From Diplonema japonicum (Eukaryota > Protista > Euglenozoa: Diplonemea), in contig OZ025661.1 in assembly GCA_964019335.1 (NCBI GenBank), positions 124,001 through 188,000 on the forward strand: a DNA stretch of 64,000 bases, read 5' to 3'. The notes under the pieces are model-generated. The model saw nothing but the letters and a program-made list of their open reading frames with translations. It was not told the DNA's origin and made no database searches. A program made the translations under genes and the position numbers. This document shows, piece by piece, positions 12,363-22,763 of this stretch. How positions within the stretch are numbered: position 1 is the stretch's first letter; each line of letters opens with the position of its first letter.

Positions 12363-13823
12363 TTATGCTCCGCCCCTATCAAGCGCGCAGTACTCCTCAC
12401 CCTTCGTAATGGAAGCAAGCCCGAAAAAAAACGCAGAAAGAAACACACTAGACGTCATAATGGTGAAGGTGACAGGCCAGTCACTGAGCGTGTCCTGTAT
12501 TGCACCAGCGTACCAAGGCGAAGGCACGTCCCCAAACACGTGGTAAAGCAGATTACACAACGCAATCGACTGTGGGCGGAGGTTCTTGTCGGCCACCCAG
12601 AGTAGCGTAGATATTGCGGGGGAGTAGTAAGCAGCCATGATAACATATCCCACAGACAGACAACAAAAAAACCCAACAGGGCTAGGGTCATTAGGAGGGA
12701 TCCACCACATGGCCGTCAAAAAGACTCCCGACAACGCCATAGCAGAACCACACACACGTGCAGCGTTCACAAAACCACTGCCTATTTTGTCCAGCACCCA
12801 TCCTCCAAGAAGCGTTCCCGCAATACCACCTATAATGACAATACCTCCGAAGTAGGTGTCGGCGTGGTCTAGGTTGAACCGTTGCTGTGCTGCCTTTGTG
12901 CCCCAGAACAGGATGACGCCGCCAAGGATGTTCATGAAGATGAAAGCAAAGACGAGCAGCACATACCGTCGCATCGACAGCAGCCGTCCCGCGTCGCTGG
13001 CGAACAACGAGAACACCTTTAACAAACTGGCATTCTTCCTTTCATGTTGTTCCGGCTTCACGGGGGACAGCGGGTTCTGTTCCCCGTCAACACTCTTCAT
13101 AGATGCAAGGAGCTTGCTCTTCTCAAGGTCGTCATGCTGTTCCGAGAAGTCCATATCTATCGTTGTCGGGCGTGCAAACAGAAACAACGCCACGTAAGGT
13201 ACATTCAGGGCAGCTTGGATGCGGAAGGACCACCGCCAGTCGAGATCGGCAGCGGTGACAATGTACCCCAGGATAAGCCCGCCAGCTGTTCCTATAGAGA
13301 CGCACATCATGAAGACAGCTAGCCATGTCGACCGTGTCTCGCGGGGTGCAAGACGGTCGATAACAGCAGGCGCCACCACCATGAACGAAGGCTCAGAAAC
13401 CCCCACCAACGTGCGGAACCCTAGCAATTGCCCGTAACTCGATGCAAACCCACACAGAAGGATTCCAATACAGAAGACAAGCTGGCCAATACCTATGACA
13501 AGGAAGGGGTGAGCATGGCGGACAGCATGAGCAGATAGAGGGGACGCGACGGTGAGCCCCGCGGTGAACAGGGACGCCAGCAGCCCGACTTGTTCGTTTG
13601 TAAGGTTGAACTCGCCTTGCATTCCTGTGAACCCGCAGAGGTCCCTGCACTCCTTTGTGAACCTGTCGTCGCATTCTTTAGAACAGTCCAGGTCATCATA
13701 GGTCCCATTCACCCCGTTGCTCGCAAAGGCTCCCCTGTCCATGTAGTTGAGCGCCATCAGGCTGCAGAACCAGAACATCATCAATTTTCGTGTGAACAAC
13801 GCGTTGCATGCTGGTAGTTTCAT
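12363..13823 (-). CDS. Spinster-family MFS transporter (486 aa)
   Basis: LNYMDRG motif in TM1, RTLVGVSE, WRWSF, HVFGDVPSP and many hydrophobic segments. Start set at MKLPAC. Confidence 0.88.
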   Translation of the reverse strand: MKLPACNALFTRKLMMFWFCSLMALNYMDRGAFASNGVNGTYDDLDCSKECDDRFTKECRDLCGFTGMQGEFNLTNEQVGLLASLFTAGLTVASPLSAHAVRHAHPFLVIGIGQLVFCIGILLCGFASSYGQLLGFRTLVGVSEPSFMVVAPAVIDRLAPRETRSTWLAVFMMCVSIGTAGGLILGYIVTAADLDWRWSFRIQAALNVPYVALFLFARPTTIDMDFSEQHDDLEKSKLLASMKSVDGEQNPLSPVKPEQHERKNASLLKVFSLFASDAGRLLSMRRYVLLVFAFIFMNILGGVILFWGTKAAQQRFNLDHADTYFGGIVIIGGIAGTLLGGWVLDKIGSGFVNAARVCGSAMALSGVFLTAMWWIPPNDPSPVGFFCCLSVGYVIMAAYYSPAISTLLWVADKNLRPQSIALCNLLYHVFGDVPSPWYAGAIQDTLSDWPVTFTIMTSSVFLSAFFFGLASITKGEEYCALDRGGA

Positions 13824-13831
13824 GAGAAAAT

Positions 13832-13865
<34 letters not shown>

Positions 13866-13921
13866 CCCCTCTCCCTTCCCACCCTCCCCCCTTCTGTGGG
13901 AAGAAAAATAATTCTTCGTCA

Positions 13922-13956
<35 letters not shown>

Positions 13957-13974
13957 ATACGAAGGACAGTGCGA

Positions 13975-14026
13975 CAGTCACTATAGTCTATACAGTCTAT
14001 ACAGACTATAGTCTATACAGTGATTG
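13975..14026. repeat. 52-bp palindromic mini-element with internal GTCTATA repeats
   Basis: Imperfect terminal inverted repeats CAGTCACTATA / TACAGTGATTG enclose repeated AGTCTATAC units. No TSD seen. Confidence 0.45.
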
Positions 14027-14127
14027 CTAAAAAAATTCAACTTTATTTTTGGCAGTTGTCTTCTCTAGGGGTTAGGGGAGTTTTTTCTTTTTTTCTTTTT
14101 TCTTTTTTTTTTTTCTCTCTCTAAAAT

Positions 14128-14838
14128 TTAACGTTTGTCCAGCATAAAGACAAGAGGTGCGTTCACTGCCTTGTACCTGTCGTTGCAGGAGGCAGCGTTG
14201 TGAAACACAACACCTTCACGTGTAAGCTCCCCATAGCCATCGTGAGCGTGACCGAAGATGTGGTGCGACGGCTTCACACGAGACAGCACTTCTTCGAGAA
14301 GCTCTGCACAGCCTATATGCCCACCATCCAAAACACCATAAGGAGGCGAGTGGGTGATAAGGACATCGGTAGAAGAAGGTATCAAACTCCACTTCGCCTT
14401 TCGCTCCTCCGGGCGAAGCATGAATGCCCAATCGTTTATGGGGGGGATATAAGGCGAACCGTGGAAGGTGTACCCTAATATGTCAACGGAAGAGTCCTCC
14501 AGGTACACGCATCCAGGAATGTCAGTCAGTATTGCTTTGAAGATATTCGGGTCGCACTTCCTTTTCATGTTCTCAAGAAGGGTGGGTTTCGCTGCGAACT
14601 TCTGACAACTTTTCTCAAACCGGACCGTGTCGAAGGAGAGTTCATGGTTGCCGGCCACCACGATCTTGTGTGTGTAAGCCTGCCTTTCGAGCCAATCTGC
14701 AAATTCGTGTACTTCCTCAGAGGTGCCGCGGAGCGTGAAGTCCCCGGAATGGATGAGAATGTCCCCACTTCCTACTTCTATGTCCTCATGAAGACAGTGG
14801 GTGTCTGAGATGCAGCAGACCTTGATCGGTGTCGACAT
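14128..14838 (-). CDS. MPPED-type calcineurin-like metallophosphoesterase (236 aa)
   Basis: ISDTH, HSGDFT, AGNHE, ITHSPP and FGHAH metal-binding motifs. Start at MSTPIK. Confidence 0.9.
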   Translation of the reverse strand: MSTPIKVCCISDTHCLHEDIEVGSGDILIHSGDFTLRGTSEEVHEFADWLERQAYTHKIVVAGNHELSFDTVRFEKSCQKFAAKPTLLENMKRKCDPNIFKAILTDIPGCVYLEDSSVDILGYTFHGSPYIPPINDWAFMLRPEERKAKWSLIPSSTDVLITHSPPYGVLDGGHIGCAELLEEVLSRVKPSHHIFGHAHDGYGELTREGVVFHNAASCNDRYKAVNAPLVFMLDKR

Positions 14839-15038
14839 TCTCCTTGTGAATGGTATGTTGAGGAAGAGAAAAAAAAAAGAAGAATAGGAATAAGAAGGAA
14901 AAAAGGGGGATGTGTGTAATAATCTTAATGAAAAAAAAAAAAAAAAGGAGGGCCGAACATAAGGGATCAGAGACAAAAAAAATAAAAGGGGAAAAAAAAA
15001 AAAAAAAAAAAAAATGTTTTTTCTTTTTTTTTTTAAAT

Positions 15039-15127
15039 TTAGTGTTTGAGCCCGTGGGGTGGCATGTCCATGTTCAGGGCCGCATTCATTTTTTTCTCGA
15101 TCGCTTGAGAGACGTGTTTCTTGTTGC

Positions 15128-15159
<32 letters not shown>

Positions 15160-15263
15160 CTCCCTCCCCATACCTCTCCAAAGGCACCCACACACCCCAC
15201 AAAGGGGCTGTAGGACATGTTGGTACGATCAACGTTGACGTGTGCAAGCTTGACCTTCACCAT
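15039..15263 (-). CDS. 59-aa microprotein, tandem paralog A (intron 15129-15173)
   Basis: The spliced product MVKVKLAHVNVDRTNMSYSPFVGCVGAFGE|CNKKHVSQAIEKKMNAALNMDMPPHGLKH matches paralog B, with the same intron position. Confidence 0.85.
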
Positions 15264-15534
15264 TTTGTTTAGTGTAAAGTTAAAAGTAAGAAGTGTATGC
15301 TTTCAGGGGGTGGTGTGGACTAATTTCTTTTTGAGATGGGTGTGTACTTCGAAAGAAAGAAAAAAAGAGAAAAAAAAAATAGATAACGGGGGGAAAGAAA
15401 GAAAGGTAGTAGTGTAAATAGGAAATTCTTGTTTTCTTTTCTTTTTTTTTTTTTTTTTTTTTTTTTTTTCCCATCTTTGTTCCTTGAACCAAGGGGAAAA
15501 AAAATAAGTACAATGGAGGCATTTCATCGGAAAA

Positions 15535-15776
15535 CTAGTGCTTTAAACCATGGGGAGGCAGGTCCATGTTCAGGGACGCATTCATTTTTTTCTCTATGTT
15601 TGCACTAACGTGGTGCTTGGAGCACTGTTGTTGTTGTTGTTGTAGTTGTTGTTGTTTTCACCCCTCCCTTTCTATTTTTCCCACACCTCTCCAAAGGCAC
15701 CCACACACCCCACAAAGGGGCTGTAGGACATGTTGGTACGATCAACATTCACGGACGCAAGCTTGACCTTCACCAT
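15535..15776 (-). CDS. 59-aa microprotein, tandem paralog B (intron 15625-15686)
   Basis: Spliced product MVKVKLASVNVDRTNMSYSPFVGCVGAFGE|CSKHHVSANIEKKMNASLNMDLPPHGLKH. Absent from the ORF track. Confidence 0.85.
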
Positions 15777-15937
15777 TTTTTTTTTTTTTTTTGTTAGCTG
15801 TGTATAAAAAAAGAAAGTGGGGGGAGAAACGCCTTAGTACGGGGGATGAGATGTCTATTTTTTTTTGTTTTTGTTTATCATTCTTGAAAAAAAGCAAAAG
15901 AAGAAGAAAAAAATATAAAAGATCCTGGTAAAGATCT

Positions 15938-15970
<33 letters not shown>

Positions 15971-15977
15971 TCCCCGC

Positions 15978-18806
15978 TCACCGCATCAGATTGTTCGCGA
16001 AAAGCAAATCCTTTTTACTGTTCCACTTGGCCTGCACTGCAGGGTTGGTGTCCAGCCATGACGTCATGGCATGGTACTTCCCGAGGATCGACGCAAGGGT
16101 TTTCCTTGACCGTGCGAGAGACGTCTTCCTGGCACACCGGAGAGATATGGGGTCGGGGGGCGTGAGGCAGGAACAGTGCGTGGCGAAGAGAGAGGCGATG
16201 TCGAAGGTGCTGTGCCACAGGGCAAGGATAGAGCGGACAAGCCGTACCTCCGGGACCTTTGAGGTAGGCTGGGTGAGGGTTGAATCTAACCACGTGGCGA
16301 TCTCAATGTCCGTGGCTTCAGGGTGGAAGGGCCTCTCATCCTCGTCGTGGCGCACATGGTACAGCACACACTGCTGTCTGCATATCACGTCGTAAAGGGC
16401 CTTCGATACAGCAGCCCTCACGCGCCACACCTCATCTCTGCTGAACAGGGTGCCAGGCCCCTGCCGCATCAGCTCCTTCACTGAGCTGCAACACGCCTCG
16501 ACTACCTCCAAGCAGTTGCTCACCACCCCCTGCAGCACCCGTCCTGTTAACTCCAGCTTCACCTCGCCCTCTGTCATCGTTGCCACATCTATTCGAAGCC
16601 TCCTTACGTTGCGCACCGTCCCGCACTGCACTACGAGCGCTGATGATATGTTTTCCGTGCCCACCCCCTTCTCTACGCATGTGCCCCCGCACCATGTTGC
16701 CTTCTCCGCCTGTTTTATCTTCAGCTTCGGAATTGAGCTGATCCTTGTAATACCCATCAGCGACGGGTTTGCTTCCACGGCGCCTTCCCACTGTGTCCCT
16801 GTCTCTGCCGTGTCGTTCTGTCTGTTGTCGCATCCACATGCCTTGTCAGCTGTTTCCGGTTGTTGAGCCTGTGCCACGTCTCTTTCTAGCTGTGTCTCAA
16901 CGAAGCTCTTTGCAAGGGAGCGCCTCTGCCTTCTCACGATGGCGGGCTTCTTGATCAACCTGGCGGAGGATGTCTTTCTTCCCAAGGCATTCGCACGCCT
17001 GAGCGTGTTTTGTGGCGGGGCGTAGGTGTTGTTGACGACGTTATCAAGCACAGGGACAGGCGGGGGTGTTGGGGGCTCTGTGCGGAGTGTTAGAACGCCT
17101 TCCGACAGTTCATTGGTCTTGCACTCGATGGGGCGTTCCTTGACAGGGGCAGGCGAACGGGGCGAACGGCGCTCCCTTGAGCGGAGAGTTCCAAGGTGTT
17201 CGACTAGCTCTACTGGACGTTCCTTGCCAGGGGAAGGCGAGCGGGGTGTTTTCGGTGTCCGCGGCGGGGACTTGTTACCCCTCCTTCCTGGCGACCCTTC
17301 TTGCTCGGACAGGTGCAGCCACTCGACAGTGGCTAGTTGCTTGGCCCATTCGTTTCTTGAGCCGAAGACTGCATTGCGTGGCAGGTCTTTCAAGTAGCTC
17401 ACGACGCTGGGGATGAGCGGCCTCTTCTCCAGCTCGTCATACCGCCCGTGCGATATCACACCAGTCATCTGGTCCTTCCCATAGCCCTTTTCTTCCATCA
17501 CCTTCATGAGGTGCATCTCTCGCTTCTTGACGTCTTCCCTCAACGCCTCGATGGTCTCCACGTACCCTTCCTCCTTCATGCGGTCGATGTCCGCCTGCGC
17601 CTCGTACTTCTTAGATATCTCTTCCGACATCTTCTCGAGCCGTGCCTCGTAATTGCTAGTGTTGTCCACGGTGTCCTTCGACGCTTGCACCCGTGCGTAC
17701 CAGTAGCCTAGTTTTGTGAGGTTGTCGATCTTTGAGGCACGCTCTTTCTGAATGTCGCACTCACGGCGGTAAGGGAGCCCAGGGTTGGGGAGGGTTACGA
17801 GGTTTCCGGAGGGCTTGGAAAAGTAAATCATGGAATTCGCAGAGATGGCCGGGTGGAGGTGTTGGAACGCGTTGTAAGTGAGAAGCGTCTCCCCGCCGAA
17901 CGCCTCCTGCGACGCAGCACGGGAACCATAAAGGTACGCCCCCACATACCCCCCGTTGGTGTCGTCGTACGTCTGAGCGATGTCGATACCGATGCCCACG
18001 CGGAGCCCGGTGTACGTGGCTACACCTTCCGGTGACGTGACAGGTTGGAAGGCCTCGATTTCAAGGAGCTCAGCAGGCCAGCTAACGTTCATCAGCTCAG
18101 CGTGAATATCATGGGCGGCATACATTGCGTGCTCGGGGTGGTCGAAGATGGCAGTATTGGAAGCCCCGATGATGTGGCTAGTGGAGCATGCCTTGCGGAC
18201 GATGCCATGAACGGAAGCAAGGCAGGACACGGCCTGTTCAGTAGAGAGCTCGTTCCAAAGCGTGTCCTCGTTTTCAATGGTGACGTGGAGGGCGGCAACG
18301 AAGGCACCAAGCTGTATAGTTTGCCGTGTGGTGTATTTATCGATAAGGTGCGCCGTCAGGTCTTGAAGGTCTTTGGTGTGTTTCGTTTGGAGTTTCTCGA
18401 CAGTGTTTGAGAGAGCGTCGTTGGTTTCGGAAAGTGTTTGGATGTGCTCGGTAGACTCGGCCTCGTTGGCCTCGAGGTCTTCTATCCGGCAGCCAAGTAC
18501 ATCGATTGATGAGTAGTAAGATGGGTCAGTCAACATGACAATGAGAGCGTCGGTGTCTGTTTCTATGTTCAGCAGGTACCTCACCATCCTCTCGTACTTG
18601 TGCTCGTCGTCTTCCTCGTCGTCTAGGAGGTCCGCGACGCCGTCCCTGAGGTCCTCCAGCCCGTCCTTTACGTATTGTATCATGTTCTTCGCCCTTTGTA
18701 GAGGGTTGTCGTGGACCAGCGACCTCTTTTTTTCCAGCTTCATAGGATTTTGTTCCTCATCTTGGTACAGGTGCGACACCGACTCCCTACGGGAGTTGCG
18801 CAGCAT
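15978..18806 (-). CDS. Coiled-coil protein with a degenerate class III nucleotidyl cyclase domain (942 aa)
   Basis: TLW, HAELMNVSWP, GLRVGIG and AFGGETLLT match trypanosomatid/fungal-type adenylate cyclases. The catalytic Asp and NxAAR residues appear lost. Confidence 0.8.
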   Translation of the reverse strand: MLRNSRRESVSHLYQDEEQNPMKLEKKRSLVHDNPLQRAKNMIQYVKDGLEDLRDGVADLLDDEEDDEHKYERMVRYLLNIETDTDALIVMLTDPSYYSSIDVLGCRIEDLEANEAESTEHIQTLSETNDALSNTVEKLQTKHTKDLQDLTAHLIDKYTTRQTIQLGAFVAALHVTIENEDTLWNELSTEQAVSCLASVHGIVRKACSTSHIIGASNTAIFDHPEHAMYAAHDIHAELMNVSWPAELLEIEAFQPVTSPEGVATYTGLRVGIGIDIAQTYDDTNGGYVGAYLYGSRAASQEAFGGETLLTYNAFQHLHPAISANSMIYFSKPSGNLVTLPNPGLPYRRECDIQKERASKIDNLTKLGYWYARVQASKDTVDNTSNYEARLEKMSEEISKKYEAQADIDRMKEEGYVETIEALREDVKKREMHLMKVMEEKGYGKDQMTGVISHGRYDELEKRPLIPSVVSYLKDLPRNAVFGSRNEWAKQLATVEWLHLSEQEGSPGRRGNKSPPRTPKTPRSPSPGKERPVELVEHLGTLRSRERRSPRSPAPVKERPIECKTNELSEGVLTLRTEPPTPPPVPVLDNVVNNTYAPPQNTLRRANALGRKTSSARLIKKPAIVRRQRRSLAKSFVETQLERDVAQAQQPETADKACGCDNRQNDTAETGTQWEGAVEANPSLMGITRISSIPKLKIKQAEKATWCGGTCVEKGVGTENISSALVVQCGTVRNVRRLRIDVATMTEGEVKLELTGRVLQGVVSNCLEVVEACCSSVKELMRQGPGTLFSRDEVWRVRAAVSKALYDVICRQQCVLYHVRHDEDERPFHPEATDIEIATWLDSTLTQPTSKVPEVRLVRSILALWHSTFDIASLFATHCSCLTPPDPISLRCARKTSLARSRKTLASILGKYHAMTSWLDTNPAVQAKWNSKKDLLFANNLMR

Positions 18807-19122
18807 GTTGTGTTGCTGTTGTCTTTTCCGGTTTCAACGACTGGTGTGAATGTGTGTGTGTGTGTGTGTGCAGGTAGAGGAGAAAGGCGTTTTGAAAGAC
18901 GGATTGGAAGAGAGAAAAGTCGCTCACACGCAAAAGAAAGAATAATGGAAGAATCTTTTTTCCCTTTGGCTTTCCCCTTAACGGAGATTTGGCTTTTTTT
19001 TTTGTTTAAAAACAGAAAACTACTTTGCCCGACGGTGGCTTGTTTTTGGCCCACCGGGGAGGGATATAAAAAAAAAAACAAAAAAAAACACACGACACTG
19101 ATCAGCTCCCACTTCCCAATGA

Positions 19123-20719
19123 TCAAGCTTCCAGCTCGTCAACCCAAGCCTTAACAGACGCAGGAACCCCGAGCTTAGAATGCGGCGTGAGCAGGTACTC
19201 CCTGGTTTGCATTTCGTTAAGACGCGACACAGCCCTGACAATTTTCATTTTTTTTTTTTAATTTTCCATACCTCCCGAACGCAAACACCTCGTCACTGCC
19301 TGTGAACATGGACATTGCGTCGGCGTTTCTGACGCCGAGCGCGTCGGCAGCCTCGAGGTCCACGCCTGTGAGGCCCTCTAAACCGCTACCAGAGAACAAC
19401 CCATCTGGAAGAACAGATGCTGTGCATATAATATTGCACTTGTTCTCGTACAGCTCGTCGATTAAGTAAATAAACCTTCTAGCCTCCGTCCGCTCAGTGA
19501 TGGTCATAGCGGGAATACCAGATAGCGCTATTGTGTGGAATTCCTTAGCAATAGCACCGAAGTCGGCGGTTGACATGGGTTTGGTGCACAAATCGTCAAA
19601 TGTGAAGGAAGCCACGCCCTTTGCAGCGCCTCGAACAGGCACGTCACGTCCGAAAACACGAACTGACGCGGGTTTCAACGTCTCCCCACCTGTTAGCTTC
19701 TCAATGGTCGATTCTAGTTTCTTCGTGGACGACATGGAAAGCGGTGTCATGAATACGGCGCCTTCAATGGGAACACCTTCTTTTCGATAGTCGGTGGAGC
19801 TTTCCATGGTGTGGGTTGTACATTTATCTTTGAGAAGCTTGATGAAAGGGATGAAAATGTGTCTGTTTAAACCGCCTTCATAGAGCTCCTCGGGTTTTCG
19901 GTTCGACGTGGCTACCATAACAAGGCCATTTTCGTACATTGCAGAGAAGAGCCTTCTTACTATCATAGCATCACCGATGTCGGTGATCTGGAATTCGTCA
20001 AAACACAGGAGGTCGACCTCAGAGGAGATCTGATCTGCTGCTGTTTTGATGGCATCGGCGGAGATGTCGGTTTTTTTAATCTCGTGAATTCGGAGATGGA
20101 TGTCCAACATGAATGAGTTGAAATGGACGCGTCTCTTCTTTTTTATAGGGACCTTGTCGTAGAATAGGTCCATTAGAAAACTTTTTCCGCAACCGACGCC
20201 ACCGCATACGTACAGACCTTTGATGTCTGACAGATTTGAGCTTTTAGTTTCCGATTTTGATTTCCCGCCGAAAAGGTTAGAAAGAAACCCTTGCTGTTGT
20301 GGTGTCGAGCTGGACTGTTTTGAGAATTTAACGAGGTTGTTGTGTAGTCTTTGGAATTTTCTCAACGCTGCCTTTTGTTTTTCGTCAGGTGATACACCGC
20401 CGTCTTCCACTAGGATGTCATATCCTGCCATTGGGGACGAGCTTGCTTTGTAAGATTGAACAACAGACGGCCACCATGCAAGGAATTCTTCTTTATCTAT
20501 GACACCGTTGCTGTCTTTATCGATGTGGTCGAAGACCTGCCGGAGGGGTCCTTCCTGGTGTCCGCCCAGCCCCGTCTCTTCTATCATAACCTTGAAAGTG
20601 TCGAAGTCAATCTTCTCCCTCTCCTGACACGCATAGCGATGGTACAGTACCTCGTTCAATTCAGTCAGATAGCGCTTTCTCTGTTGAAGCGCTCTTTTTG
20701 CAAACCCAACTCGAAGCAT
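19123..20719 (-). CDS. AFG1: AFG1/LACE1-family ATPase with N-terminal EF-hand (intron 19235-19271)
   Basis: Walker A GGVGCGKS, RVHF, CFDEFQ and TSNR. Removing a 37-nt GT-AG intron restores the family C-terminus FGRAVSRLNEMQ. EF-hand loop DKDSNGVIDKEE. Confidence 0.9.
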
Positions 20720-20743
20720 TTTTTTTTTTTTTTTTTTTCCTCG

Positions 20744-20776
<33 letters not shown>

Positions 20777-20779
<3 letters not shown>

Positions 20780-22584
20780 TCTACCAACGGACCATTTTTG
20801 CCCACCAGGGGGTAAATTTTCAAAACTTCAAAAAAACTATTCTAGCGCAACGCTGGGGCTATATGCCCCCGGAAATGCCTCCAGATGTCCCAATTCTAGA
20901 GAGAGGGTGCCCACAGCAGGGCCCACCCCCACAACATTGTCAAAAATATCGTTCCCGAAGTGCTCGAGAGGGGGTACAAAAACAAGTCAAAAAAAATCGA
21001 CTGAAAAATTCTATAAAAAGCTATTTAAGGCCTTCTTGACGCGGTTCGTACGTGCCCCAGGACTGGGGGACTTCTTTTTTGACCCCGAGAGGGGTTTCTG
21101 GGGGGTATCCCCGGCAAGGTGGTAGTCTTTGAAGCCCGGAGTCACGCAAAGTTGTACCAAGCAGGCTGAACACTGAAATAAGGGTCTTTTCGACTTGCAA
21201 TGCTTGCACCGCACGTTGCGGGGAAATGGTCCCAGAAGGTACTGTCGCGTCGCATTGGGGCCTCAGGGCACTCGTTCTGTGTTTCGGGGCATGGTATTGG
21301 GGCGGCCTGCTCTGTAGTTGACTTTATCTGTTGTTTAGACTGCCTCCCTAGTAGCCCTTCGATGACTGCCTCTTTGAAAGGCGTGAATCCACTGTCGTTC
21401 ATACTCAGGGTGTTGGGGGGCAATGCTTCTTTCCAAACAAGCCGGGCATTTGCCAGAGATTTATCTAACAAGTACGAAAATACTTTCAGGGGCCACTTCG
21501 AAGTCATAAGGGTGCGTTTATGGCGTTTTGTCACAGCATCACCCAGCGTCGGTTCCGCCCATTGCGGTGTTGTAAATATGCACTTGGTGGGGAGCGGGAT
21601 GTCCTTTCTGGAGGGCCTCCGGCTTTCATTCTCTTTTGGCCGACACGCCAAATTTGACTTCACCAGAACATCCAACGTCGACAGAAAGCGCACAGGCTTG
21701 ATGTCATGCCACGTTGTGGTGCAAAGGATGCTCACGTGCTGGTGGAACTGGGTGTCCCCACAGGGTGCGCGTCCTTGGGCTTGCGGCCTCGCTTCTTTGG
21801 GGCATCCGTGATCTCCGGGAGGCCTTCGCGATAGGTAGAAGTCAGCACGCTTGTTTGTTTCGCTGTGGAAACACAGATTTCCCAGAATAGTCAAAAAGCG
21901 GTCTCTTGACATGACGGTGGCGTACCCAGGGGTGTGGTTGAGAGACGTGGAGCCAGTGCGCCAGTAGTCAGAATAATCTGGCTTGATATCCAAGTCCATC
22001 GACAAAAGGGCACCTAGGAAGGTATGCAGAGAAGCAGCATCGAGATCCAGGGAAACACCTTTTTTAGCCGCATTTGCCACATTGTTCGAAGTTATGACCC
22101 GAATAACGTTTGGGACGAGCATTTGGAGAATATATGGAATGGCGTTGAGCCTTTGATGTCAAAACAGGGTCCACAAGGATTCCGATCTTCACGAAACCGG
22201 ATGCCTTCCAACTGCTCCGGCTTTGCCGTCCAATCACCCTGCCGTGACTCGGAATCGGTTGAATTCGAATCAGAATCACTGTTCGTATCAAAATTGCATA
22301 ATAGGGATGAGCCATCAGTGCTACCATCACTCATAATGTCCTCTTCCGGCCTCTTTCTGGGTGCCTTTTTTTGAAGTGATTTTTAAGGGTAAATTTGGGC
22401 TGGCGTTTTTTTTTTTTTTTTTCATTTTCTTGTTAAGTTAGGGCAGCATTTAGTTTATATATTTTTCATATTTTCCGCGCAGGACCCCGGATGCGAGAAG
22501 TGTCCGGGCTGTATTGCATTGAAAGCCCTTTGCGCAAAAGATTTTTTTCAAGTCGTCTCTATAAAGACGCTCGTTGGTAGATGG
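20777..22584 (-). mobile_element. piggyBac-family DNA transposon, internally deleted non-autonomous copy 2
   Basis: Same 13-bp TIRs, TTAA at 20773-20776 and 22585-22588. Collinear with and highly similar to 1143-2920. Confidence 0.92.
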
Positions 22585-22727
22585 TTAAAGCCGAATGGGG
22601 AAAAAAGAAATAAAGGGAAAAAAAATAAAGAGGAAAATAATATGTAAAAAATTAAAAAAAAAAAATTTTTAAAAAATCCAAATAGACCGTTTTTTTTATT
22701 TCTTCTTCATTTTTCTTTTCGTTCTCT

Positions 22728-22763
<36 letters not shown>

